Source: Bacteroidales bacterium
Lineage (GTDB): Bacteria > Bacteroidota > Bacteroidia > Bacteroidales > WCHB1-69
Length of the DNA: 64,000 bases
Assembly: GCA_016285085.1 (NCBI GenBank)
Contig: JAEEQA010000005.1
Location: 3,574-67,573, forward strand
Reading direction: 5' to 3'
A program made the position numbers and the translations under genes. Shown piece by piece: positions 34,275-42,123 of this stretch. How positions within the stretch are numbered: the stretch's first letter is position 1; each line of letters opens with the position of its first letter. The notes beneath the pieces were generated by a model. The model saw nothing but the letters and a program-made list of their open reading frames with translations. It was not told where the DNA came from and did not search any database.

Positions 34275-34508
34275 ATAAAACCCTCCCTTTTTACAGTCCT
34301 CTTTTTCCTTCTGCTAACCTTCCATGCGGCAGGGCAGCAGACGGTTGATGCGAGAGATTTCGCTGTGGCGGAAGGACTGGGACTTTGTCAAGGCATTCCC
34401 GCATGGGCGATACAAGGGGACACCAATCTTTCGTGGATAAGCGATAAGATGCTGTTAGACAGTAAGGCGCGACGTACGTGTACGGGTGGATGCCATTGTG
34501 AGGAATGA
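34275..34508 (+). pseudogene. Probable remnant of a secreted-protein gene (ATA in place of a start codon)
   Basis: Open frame of 77 codons: IKPSLFTVLFFLLLTFHAAGQQTVDARDF..., resembling a Bacteroidota signal peptide. Confidence 0.4.
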
Positions 34509-34511
34509 AGG

Positions 34512-35579
34512 CTAGGTCTTCACGCACTGCATGATGCTGTGGCCAAGGCCGAGGTTGTCGTGGATGATTTCGATTTTCAAACCTGATGTTTCCACGCAGC
34601 GAGCCATGTCCTCCGAATAGTACATCTTGCTGTTTCCGTTGGCTAACGCCGTGAAATAGAGGCTGATCTGTGCCAGACAATAGGAGGCCGTCTCGAAACG
34701 CTGGCGGTCCCAGAAGGTTTCCATGATGTACAGTTTGCTGCCGGCCTTCATCGATTTGGCGGCGCGGCGCAGGATGCTGCACACCTGCTCTTCCGAGAAG
34801 CAGTCGAGGAACTGGCTCATCCAGATGGCGTCGAAGCCTTCGGGGAAGGCCGTGGCCTCGTCCAGCAAGTTGCAGCCGTGCCCGTGAATGCGGTCGGAGC
34901 CCTCAAGACCGGCGGTGGCGTGGCGCATCATCTCCAGCTGCTGCGGCAGGTCCATGATGGTGACCTCCACTTCCTGATTGTACGATACGCACCGTGTGGC
35001 CCAGCGACCGGTGTTGCCGCCCACGTCCAACAGCGTCTTCGGCCCGTTCTTGAAGACAATCTCCAGCGCCTGGTCGAACGAGTTGTCGGAATAGAAGTGG
35101 TCGAAACCGAACCAGCTTTTCTGCACCTGCGGCGGCAGCTGCGAAAGCCCCTCGTAAATGGTGGGCCAGCTGCCGAACACCTTCAACCCTTCGGGTTTCC
35201 CGTTGAGGATGGCCTCCTCCAGGTTGAAAAGTCCGAGGTAGTTGACGTCGTGGTTGAAGTCCATGTTCACCCGCGCCATCTGGTCGTTAAGCAGGAACCA
35301 GCCGGCTTTGGCCAAGTGGAACTTGCCGTCTTTCAACAAGATAGTGCCGATGGTGAGCGACGATTCCAGCAGCACCTGCGCCCCATAGTGCGACAAATGT
35401 GCCTTTTCCGCCACCTCGTCTATCGTCAGACCCTCCTTGTGGTCGCCCAGCATTTGGAAGATGCCCCACTTCACCATCAGGCGCGACACCTGAAAGACCA
35501 CGGGTCCGAATGCGATTTCCTGTGCCAGACGTTGCGCCTGCAACGCCGTAAAACGCTCTTTTGAATATATCTCGTGCAT
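34512..35579 (-). CDS. SAM-dependent methyltransferase (O-methyltransferase family)
   Basis: LLDVGGNTG, IMDLPQQ, IWMSQFLDCF and YFTALANGNS motifs; alternative TTG start at 35597. Confidence 0.9.
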   Translation of the reverse strand: MHEIYSKERFTALQAQRLAQEIAFGPVVFQVSRLMVKWGIFQMLGDHKEGLTIDEVAEKAHLSHYGAQVLLESSLTIGTILLKDGKFHLAKAGWFLLNDQMARVNMDFNHDVNYLGLFNLEEAILNGKPEGLKVFGSWPTIYEGLSQLPPQVQKSWFGFDHFYSDNSFDQALEIVFKNGPKTLLDVGGNTGRWATRCVSYNQEVEVTIMDLPQQLEMMRHATAGLEGSDRIHGHGCNLLDEATAFPEGFDAIWMSQFLDCFSEEQVCSILRRAAKSMKAGSKLYIMETFWDRQRFETASYCLAQISLYFTALANGNSKMYYSEDMARCVETSGLKIEIIHDNLGLGHSIMQCVKT

Positions 35580-35596
35580 AGTCGTATGTTTTTTCA

Positions 35597-35672
35597 ATTT
35601 GGGTTCACTTCGTGAACATTTTTTGATTCTGGTTCGCTATCGCGAACATTTGGGCTCGCTGGCGCGAGCATT
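35597..35672 (-). repeat. Mini-hairpin array 3 (3 units)
   Basis: Minus strand: gctcgc-gcca-gcgagc, gttcgc-gata-gcgaac and gttcac-gaa-gtgaac; adjacent to CYATAACT x3. Confidence 0.85.
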
Positions 35673-35695
35673 CCATAACTCTATAACTCCATAAC

Positions 35696-36598
35696 TCAAA
35701 CCCCATCCCAAAAGTCAAAATAGTTGAACCATTGTTCGGGGTGCTTCCGCAAGACGGATTCAAGAGACTTCGCGTAGGCAGCAGCAATCTGCTCGCTTTG
35801 CTTGCGGATGGGAAGCGACGGGTCGGGCGAGGGGAGGAGTTGCACGGTGCTGTGGTAGTGCCGTCCGCGCACCTTGGTGTTGACGATGGAAACGACCGGC
35901 ACCTGCATCTGCGCCGCCAGAAGGAAGGTGCCCAGCGGGAACTTCGCCTCTTTCCCGAGGAAGTTGACCGTCAGGGTTTTGTTGCTGCCCCAGATGCGGT
36001 CGCACAGGATGGTGACGATTTCGCCGTGTTCCAAAGCATCCTTGATGATGAACAGGTGGGAAAGGTCCTCCTCCACGGGAACCAATCGTATGTTGTTTTG
36101 TGTGAACGAGTTGCTGCGCCGTTGCTTGATGACTGCTGCTTCTCCGCCGTAGATGACGGCATTGATCCGTTTCTTGCTTTGGCGGATACAGTGCCCCGTC
36201 AACTCGAAGTGGCCGATGTGCGACCCCGCGATGATGAAGCCGCCGGGCTGGTCCAACAGCTGCCGGATGACCTCCTCGTTCTCAATATCGAGTTGAAACT
36301 GTTCTGTGTTGCCCGCCAGCACCGCGAACCGGTCCAGCACCACCTGTCCGAAAATCAGATGGTTCTGGATGGTCTTCCAGAAGGATTTCCATCCTGAATA
36401 ATGGTGTATTTCTTTGAAATAACGGTAGATGCAGCCGAAAGCCTTGTGGTTGACCACACAATAGACGGGCACGACCAACGGCAGGACGGGGTATAGCACC
36501 GTCACTTTCACGGATTTCAGACAGCCTAAAACGAAACGCTGCCCGAAATTGCCGCCGCCGGTTTTCCCGGTCCACTGCACTTCCGTCTGCTGCGCCAT
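35696..36598 (-). CDS. LpxL-like/lysophospholipid acyltransferase
   Basis: WTGKTGG, FGQVVLDRF, SHIGHFE, CDR, AKFPLG and PEQWFNYFDFW motifs. Confidence 0.88.
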   Translation of the reverse strand: MAQQTEVQWTGKTGGGNFGQRFVLGCLKSVKVTVLYPVLPLVVPVYCVVNHKAFGCIYRYFKEIHHYSGWKSFWKTIQNHLIFGQVVLDRFAVLAGNTEQFQLDIENEEVIRQLLDQPGGFIIAGSHIGHFELTGHCIRQSKKRINAVIYGGEAAVIKQRRSNSFTQNNIRLVPVEEDLSHLFIIKDALEHGEIVTILCDRIWGSNKTLTVNFLGKEAKFPLGTFLLAAQMQVPVVSIVNTKVRGRHYHSTVQLLPSPDPSLPIRKQSEQIAAAYAKSLESVLRKHPEQWFNYFDFWDGV

Positions 36599-36840
36599 TA
36601 GGCCATCTTGTTTTCAACGTAATCGTAGAACTGCGCCAGCGTCTTCACACCCTTCATGTCCTCGGGCTTGATCTTGATCTTGAAATGCTTCTCCACAATC
36701 ACGGCAATGTCCACAAAATCAAGGCTGTCGATTTTGAGGTCTTCCTTCAAAAGCGCATCGTCCTTCAGCTTGTCGGCATCAATTTCCAATTCCTCAATCA
36801 AAAAGTCGTTGACAATTTTAATGATTTCTGTTCTTTCCAT
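36598..36840 (-). CDS. Acyl carrier protein
   Basis: Acidic 80-aa protein with DLKIDSLDFVD phosphopantetheine site. Confidence 0.95.
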   Translation of the reverse strand: MERTEIIKIVNDFLIEELEIDADKLKDDALLKEDLKIDSLDFVDIAVIVEKHFKIKIKPEDMKGVKTLAQFYDYVENKMA

Positions 36841-36848
36841 AAATTAGT

Positions 36849-36975
36849 TATAAGGTTTATAAAGTTTATCAGGTTTATCAAGTTAAGAAGTTATGCGTGA
36901 ATAGAGAGTTCGTCTATTTTTAGTTTCTTCGTTTCTTAATTTCTTCGTTTTCAATTTTCAGTTTTCAATTTTCCA
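36849..36975. repeat. Degenerate 9-, 8- and 7-mer runs
   Basis: ataaggttt ataaagttt atcaggttt; tttcttcg tttcttaa tttcttcg; ttttcaa ttttcag ttttcaa ttttcca. Confidence 0.7.
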
Positions 36976-38188
36976 TTTTCCGAATGACCAGCGCGCTGTT
37001 CGTCCCGCCGAAGCCGAAGGAGTTGGACAGGTACGTCTTGATGGTTTTGGTCATGGTTTTGGGTACGATGTTGAGGTTCTGTGAATGTTCATCGGGATTT
37101 TCGAAGTTGATGTTTGGGGCGATGAAGTCGTTGAGCATCATGAGGTTGGAATAGACGATTTCGCTGCCGCCCGCCATCCAGCACTCGTGGCCGGTCATCG
37201 ACTTGGTGGAGGAAATCGGGGTTTTCAGTTCCCCGAAGAGGTGGTTGAGCGCGTCGGCTTCGAACGCATCGCCCTGCAGCGTGGAGGTGGCGTGGGCGTT
37301 GATGTAGTCGATGTCAGTCGGTTGCACGCCCGCGTCCTTCATGGCCCGCTCCATGGCGATGCAGGAGCCGAGGTCGCTGGGCTGCGAAATGTTGGCGCCG
37401 TTGGACGAGAACCCGTAGCCGATCACCTCGGCAATGATGGGAGCGCCGCGTTTCACGGCGTGTTCGTACTCTTCCAGAATCACCGTTGCTGCGCCGCCGC
37501 TCGGCACCAAGCCGTCGCGGTCGCGATCGAACGGGCGGGAGGCCTTGGTGGGGTCGTCCACGCGGGTGGAAAAGGCGCTGATGGCATCGAAGCTGCTCAT
37601 CGACAGGTAGTTGACCTCCTGTGCGCCGCCGCAAATCACCATGTCCTGCAGCCCCTGACGGATGAACATCAGTCCCAGTCCGATGGCGTGCGAGCCACTG
37701 GCGCAGGCGGCGCTGATGGTCATGTTGATGCCTTTCAGTTTGAAGATGGTGGAGAGGTTCATCGTCACGGTGGAGTTCATCGACTGGAAGATGGCGCCGG
37801 AGCCCTGCAGGGTGGTGTCCTTCGTCTCCAGCGTGTGCATGTGGGCCTCAATCACCGACTTCGCCGACGAGTCGTTGCCGTAGAGGACACCGACTTCGTT
37901 CTGCTCGAGGTAGTCGAGGTCGATGCCGGCGTTGCGGAGTGCCTCCGCGGTGGCCATATAGGCGTACTCACCCTCTTCGGCAAGGCAGATGCGGGCGCGG
38001 CGGTCGAGCAGTCCCTTCAGTGCCGGGCGTTCCACGATTCCCGTGAGCGGCGAGCGGTAACCGTACGCAATACGCTCCGGATCAATGCCGATGCCCGACT
38101 TCCCGTCATATAACGATTGCCGCACCTCCTCCAGGTTCTTCCCGAGGCACGACCATATTCCCATTCCTGTGATGACAACTCTTCGCAT
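36965..38188 (-). CDS. Beta-ketoacyl-ACP synthase (FabB/F-like, polyene-cluster type)
   Basis: RRVVITGMG, AACASG, PFDRDRDG, NAHATST, KSMTGH and SNSFGFGG motifs. Confidence 0.95.
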   Translation of the reverse strand: MRRVVITGMGIWSCLGKNLEEVRQSLYDGKSGIGIDPERIAYGYRSPLTGIVERPALKGLLDRRARICLAEEGEYAYMATAEALRNAGIDLDYLEQNEVGVLYGNDSSAKSVIEAHMHTLETKDTTLQGSGAIFQSMNSTVTMNLSTIFKLKGINMTISAACASGSHAIGLGLMFIRQGLQDMVICGGAQEVNYLSMSSFDAISAFSTRVDDPTKASRPFDRDRDGLVPSGGAATVILEEYEHAVKRGAPIIAEVIGYGFSSNGANISQPSDLGSCIAMERAMKDAGVQPTDIDYINAHATSTLQGDAFEADALNHLFGELKTPISSTKSMTGHECWMAGGSEIVYSNLMMLNDFIAPNINFENPDEHSQNLNIVPKTMTKTIKTYLSNSFGFGGTNSALVIRKMEN

Positions 38189-38203
38189 GTTCTGTAATTC
38201 TAC

Positions 38204-38264
38204 ATTTGGGCTCACTGCGTGAGCATTCAATGATTATTTATTTGGGTTCACTTCGTGAACATTT
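38204..38264 (-). repeat. Mini-hairpin array 4 (2 units)
   Basis: Minus strand: aat-gttcac-gaa-gtgaac-ccaaat and aat-gctcac-gca-gtgagc-ccaaat. Confidence 0.85.
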
Positions 38265-38275
38265 TTCTTTTTTAT

Positions 38276-38300
38276 GAGACGGTGCACGCACCGTCTCTAC
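38276..38300 (-). repeat. GTAG-type REP-like palindrome
   Basis: Minus strand: gtagagacggtgc-gt-gcaccgtctc. Confidence 0.82.
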
Positions 38301-38304
38301 TAAT

Positions 38305-39690
38305 TTAATCGCGGATGCAACGCACCGATTTACCAATTACCTTTGGATAGTAATCTATGTGAATGGTAGCAGCATCCTGGGTGATATAGCGGGCGTATGC
38401 ATTTTCATCATCGTATTCAGTAGCGGTCCAAAGGGCGGCAGAGTCGTGGAAATTGATGGTTGTGTTGACACTGTACGTTCCGGCGGGCATGGCACCGAAG
38501 CCAGTGGCATTATTGGCCTCAGGGTTGTTGCCGACGGCACAATTGTGGTTGTCGCTGTTCCATCCTGTGGTAGAGGCCAGTGCTTTGCTAATGTTTGCTG
38601 GGGCGTTTCCGCAGACATAGGTGCTTTGACTGCTCACATAGTCAGCGAGTTGTATCCATTCTTCATGACTGGGCATGTGCCATCCTAAAGGACAGATGCC
38701 CTGTAGCCCATCGGTAGGGTTGGGAGCAAATGTTCCGCCACGCATCGCTGCCGCCCAGTTGTACAAAAGCCCGTATGTAGGCTTGGTTGTGGCATCTCCA
38801 TCGGCATAAAACCAAAACGGAGTGTTGTAAAAGCCGGAGCTTCCCTGCTCGATGACGGTATTGTCGGCATACCTGGTAGTGCGCAGGTTCTCCGCCATCC
38901 AGCATTGATTGCCGATTTGGACAGTGGAATAGCTGTTGCCTTCAATGTCAGTGAGCATTGAAGTTCCGCAATTAAATTGCGGTGGTGTTACCGAAAACTG
39001 CAGTACAAAAGTTTGTGAAGTCCCCTGCTCCTGCGTTATACGCTGACTTTCATATTCATTGCCGTCAATGATGGCATACCCCACATACTCCATTCTGTCA
39101 CCGAAGGTGAACGGGTTGGAAGTGCCTCCGCGGGATTTTTGGGTGCTATTATGTAAAGCTGCTATTTCAATAAGACCCATATATTCAATTCTATTGGCTT
39201 CACCGATCCCGTTGCACGCCATTTTAACAGACGACACATTGCCATTCTGCTTGGCCGTCATCACATAAAGACCTGTTTGGGAAAGGGTGACACGGAATTG
39301 ATGATTGCCCACTTGCAAGGATGTGGCATACAGCGTCTCAACACAACGTCCGGTTACATCCGAAATTTCCAATGTCACCGTACCTGCATCCGCCACCATA
39401 AGGTTCACATCTGTAGCACCCTCAAAAGGATTCGGGTTATTCTGAAACAATTGTAGGGATGCCTGATTCTCCATTTCTGCAATGCCTGTGCCGTTCTGCA
39501 TCGTCAAAACAGTGTCGGGCCAATATAGGGTCTCACTCCATCCTTTTGTCAGGTTGGTAATGGTTATTCTGTCCAACTGAATATATTGGTCGGCACTGCC
39601 CCTCCCTGAGAAGGTCAAAGAAACCGTTTGGGCCATAAGCACTAACGGCAAAAAAATAATTAATATGGATGTCAATATCTTTTGTCTCAT
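38305..39690 (-). CDS. Secreted Fib_succ_major (FISUMP) domain protein with an internal T9SS-CTD-like module
   Basis: Signal peptide; DIEGNSYSTVQIGNQCWMAENLR, YGLLYNW, GICPLGWHMPS and SVRCIRD motifs. Confidence 0.9.
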   Translation of the reverse strand: MRQKILTSILIIFLPLVLMAQTVSLTFSGRGSADQYIQLDRITITNLTKGWSETLYWPDTVLTMQNGTGIAEMENQASLQLFQNNPNPFEGATDVNLMVADAGTVTLEISDVTGRCVETLYATSLQVGNHQFRVTLSQTGLYVMTAKQNGNVSSVKMACNGIGEANRIEYMGLIEIAALHNSTQKSRGGTSNPFTFGDRMEYVGYAIIDGNEYESQRITQEQGTSQTFVLQFSVTPPQFNCGTSMLTDIEGNSYSTVQIGNQCWMAENLRTTRYADNTVIEQGSSGFYNTPFWFYADGDATTKPTYGLLYNWAAAMRGGTFAPNPTDGLQGICPLGWHMPSHEEWIQLADYVSSQSTYVCGNAPANISKALASTTGWNSDNHNCAVGNNPEANNATGFGAMPAGTYSVNTTINFHDSAALWTATEYDDENAYARYITQDAATIHIDYYPKVIGKSVRCIRD

Positions 39691-39732
39691 AACAATAAAA
39701 ATTTTTTCTACTATAACCCTGTCCTCCGATCC

Positions 39733-40464
39733 CTACGTGTACAAGCCTCCATTAATCGACACCACCTCGCCGTTGATGTAGGCGGCGTTTTCGGAGGCGA
39801 GGAAACCCACGAGGGCGGCCACCTCCTCCGGTTTTCCGAACCGGCCGCACGGAATCTGTTTCTTGAGGGTGTCCTCGTCGAGGTCTTTGGTCATGTCGGT
39901 GGCAATGAACCCCGGCGCCACGGCGTTGACCGTCACCTTGCGGGGAGCCACCTCCTGCGCCAGCGCTTTCGTCGCCCCGATGAGGGCCGCCTTCGCCGTC
40001 GAGTAGTTCACCTGCCCGGGCAGTCCCTTGATGCCCGACAGCGACACCACGTTGACGATACGTCCGTAACGCTTGGTGAGCATGTTTTTCAGCAGCCGCC
40101 TCGTGATGTAGAAGAATCCGTTAAGGGTGGTGTCCAACACATTGTGCCACTGCTCGTTCGACATAAAGACCATCATCGTGTCCTCGCGGATGCCGGCGTT
40201 GTTGACCAACACGGAGATGTAGTCGTCGGGATGGGCGTTCTGCCATGCTTCAATGGCGGCTTCGGCAGCGGCGCCGTCGGCAACGTCAAACGGCATCAGC
40301 TCCGCTTGCACGCCTTTCTCTTCCACCAGCTTCTTGGTCTCTTCGGCAGCCTCGGCGTTGCGGGCGTAGTTGATGACTACGTTGTAGCCCATTTCGGCCA
40401 ATTGCAGGCATACGGCTCTCCCGATGCCCCGCGAACCGCCGGTTACAAGTGCATATTTTGTCAT
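39733..40464 (-). CDS. fabG: 3-oxoacyl-ACP reductase (FabG-like)
   Basis: TGGSRGIG, NNAG, YSTAK and VAPGFI motifs. Confidence 0.9.
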   Translation of the reverse strand: MTKYALVTGGSRGIGRAVCLQLAEMGYNVVINYARNAEAAEETKKLVEEKGVQAELMPFDVADGAAAEAAIEAWQNAHPDDYISVLVNNAGIREDTMMVFMSNEQWHNVLDTTLNGFFYITRRLLKNMLTKRYGRIVNVVSLSGIKGLPGQVNYSTAKAALIGATKALAQEVAPRKVTVNAVAPGFIATDMTKDLDEDTLKKQIPCGRFGKPEEVAALVGFLASENAAYINGEVVSINGGLYT

Positions 40465-40469
40465 TTCAA

Positions 40470-41993
40470 TTAATTGTTTTTCAAATAGTTGATAATATTT
40501 TCAATCTCCTCGTACTTGGTCGTGTCCTCCACGAAAACCGGCACGATGGCGCGCACCTCGTCGTAAATCTTGCGGGTGGTGGCCGACAGCTTATTCTTGA
40601 GTTTCAGGCAGTCAACCGCCTGCACCAGACTGATGTAGTGGATGGCCATCACTTGGAAGGCGTTGTCGATGACGCGTTTGGCAAGGATGGCGGAGTTGGT
40701 GCCCATGCTCACCACGTCCTGATTGTCGTTGTTGTTGGGGATGCTGTGGACGTACATCGGGTTCGACAGTGTCTGGCATTCGGCGGTGGTGGAGGTGGCG
40801 GTGAACTGCATCGCCTGCACGCCGTAGTTGAGACCGAGTTTGCCGAGGTTGAGGAACGGCGGCAGCGTCTCGTTGATCTTGTCGTGGCACAGGTAGTTGA
40901 GCTGGCGTTCCATCAGCATCGTCAGTTTGGTGACGGCGATTTTCAGCTTGTCCATCTCGAAACTGACGTAGTCGCCGTGGAAGTTGCCGCCGTGATAGAC
41001 GGTCTGGGTGTCGATATCCACGATCGGGTTGTCGTCGGCGGCGTTGAGTTCCTCCTGGAGGATTTTCTCGGTGAAGTTCAACGTATCGAGCACGGGACCA
41101 AGGATTTGCGGGGTGCAGCGGAGCGAGTAGAACGGCTGTACCTTATGTTTGAAGACGGTCTCTTTGTGCTTGTGGTACATCTCCACCTCGCGTTTCAGGA
41201 GGCATTTGGAACTCTTGGCGATTTCCGTCATCTGGCGGGCGATTTCGCTCTGGCCGTTGTGGTTTTTCAGGTCGTTGAGTTCGGGGGCGAGGAAGTCGTC
41301 GTAGGAGGCGACCACCTCATTGGCGAGGACGGAGGCGACGATGGCGTGGCGCAGCAGCACCTTGGCGTAGTGCAGGTTCACGATGCCGACGCCGGTCATC
41401 ATGGCGGTGCCGTTGGTGAGGGCGAGCCCTTCGCGGAGGTGCGGGCGGATGGGGGTGAGTTTCAGTTCTTTCAGGACGTCGGCGGTGGGACGGAGTTCGC
41501 CTTTGTAGAACACCTGCCCCTCTCCGATGAGGGTGAGGGCGAGGTGGGCGAGCTGCACGAGGTCGCCGCTGGAGCCGACGCTGCCGTGCTGCGGGATGTA
41601 CGGCGTGATGCCGTAGTTGATGAAGTCGCGGAGCAGTTCCATCGAGTCGATGTGGACACCGGACTTGCCGTTGGCGAAGGTCAGGTAGCGGGAAAGCATG
41701 GCCGCCTTCACATAGACGGGGGCGAACGGTTCACCGGCACCGGTGGAGTGGCTGCGGATGATGTTGTACTGCAAAGCCAGCAGGTCCTCGTCGCTCACAC
41801 GGTACTGCGCCATCGGGCCGAAACCTGTGTTGATGCCGTATATGACTTTATCTTTGGAAAATTCCTTTAAAAACTGGTAACTGTTTTCGATGCGCTGGCG
41901 TTGGCTTGCCGTAATCTTCAGCTTCTCGCCGCCAAAAATGATTTTTTCAGCATCCTGAATTTTCATATCGGATTGTAGTTTGTTTATTCTCAA
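40470..41993 (-). CDS. Aromatic amino acid ammonia-lyase (HAL/PAL/TAL family)
   Basis: IYGINTGFG, MIO region GSVGSSGDL, EGLALTNG, YSLRC, GGNFHG and NQDVVSMG motifs; alternative ATG start at 41966. Confidence 0.93.
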   Translation of the reverse strand: MRINKLQSDMKIQDAEKIIFGGEKLKITASQRQRIENSYQFLKEFSKDKVIYGINTGFGPMAQYRVSDEDLLALQYNIIRSHSTGAGEPFAPVYVKAAMLSRYLTFANGKSGVHIDSMELLRDFINYGITPYIPQHGSVGSSGDLVQLAHLALTLIGEGQVFYKGELRPTADVLKELKLTPIRPHLREGLALTNGTAMMTGVGIVNLHYAKVLLRHAIVASVLANEVVASYDDFLAPELNDLKNHNGQSEIARQMTEIAKSSKCLLKREVEMYHKHKETVFKHKVQPFYSLRCTPQILGPVLDTLNFTEKILQEELNAADDNPIVDIDTQTVYHGGNFHGDYVSFEMDKLKIAVTKLTMLMERQLNYLCHDKINETLPPFLNLGKLGLNYGVQAMQFTATSTTAECQTLSNPMYVHSIPNNNDNQDVVSMGTNSAILAKRVIDNAFQVMAIHYISLVQAVDCLKLKNKLSATTRKIYDEVRAIVPVFVEDTTKYEEIENIINYLKNN

Positions 41994-42123
41994 TACATTG
42001 CATTTTTCATAAAATAATATGAAAAACGGGCAAAGTTAAGAAAAAAAGTCACTTATCCAATTATGGAACGACTCAACAAAAGAAGTATAAGGTTTTTACA
42101 AGCCGCCAGTTACCGTGCTTGGA

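Noticed and set aside
38305-38500. C-terminus of the inserted FISUMP gene as an active DGR variable region
   Set aside because: Third codon positions are mixed, without the NNC runs seen at 62908-63084; at most an old, decayed target.
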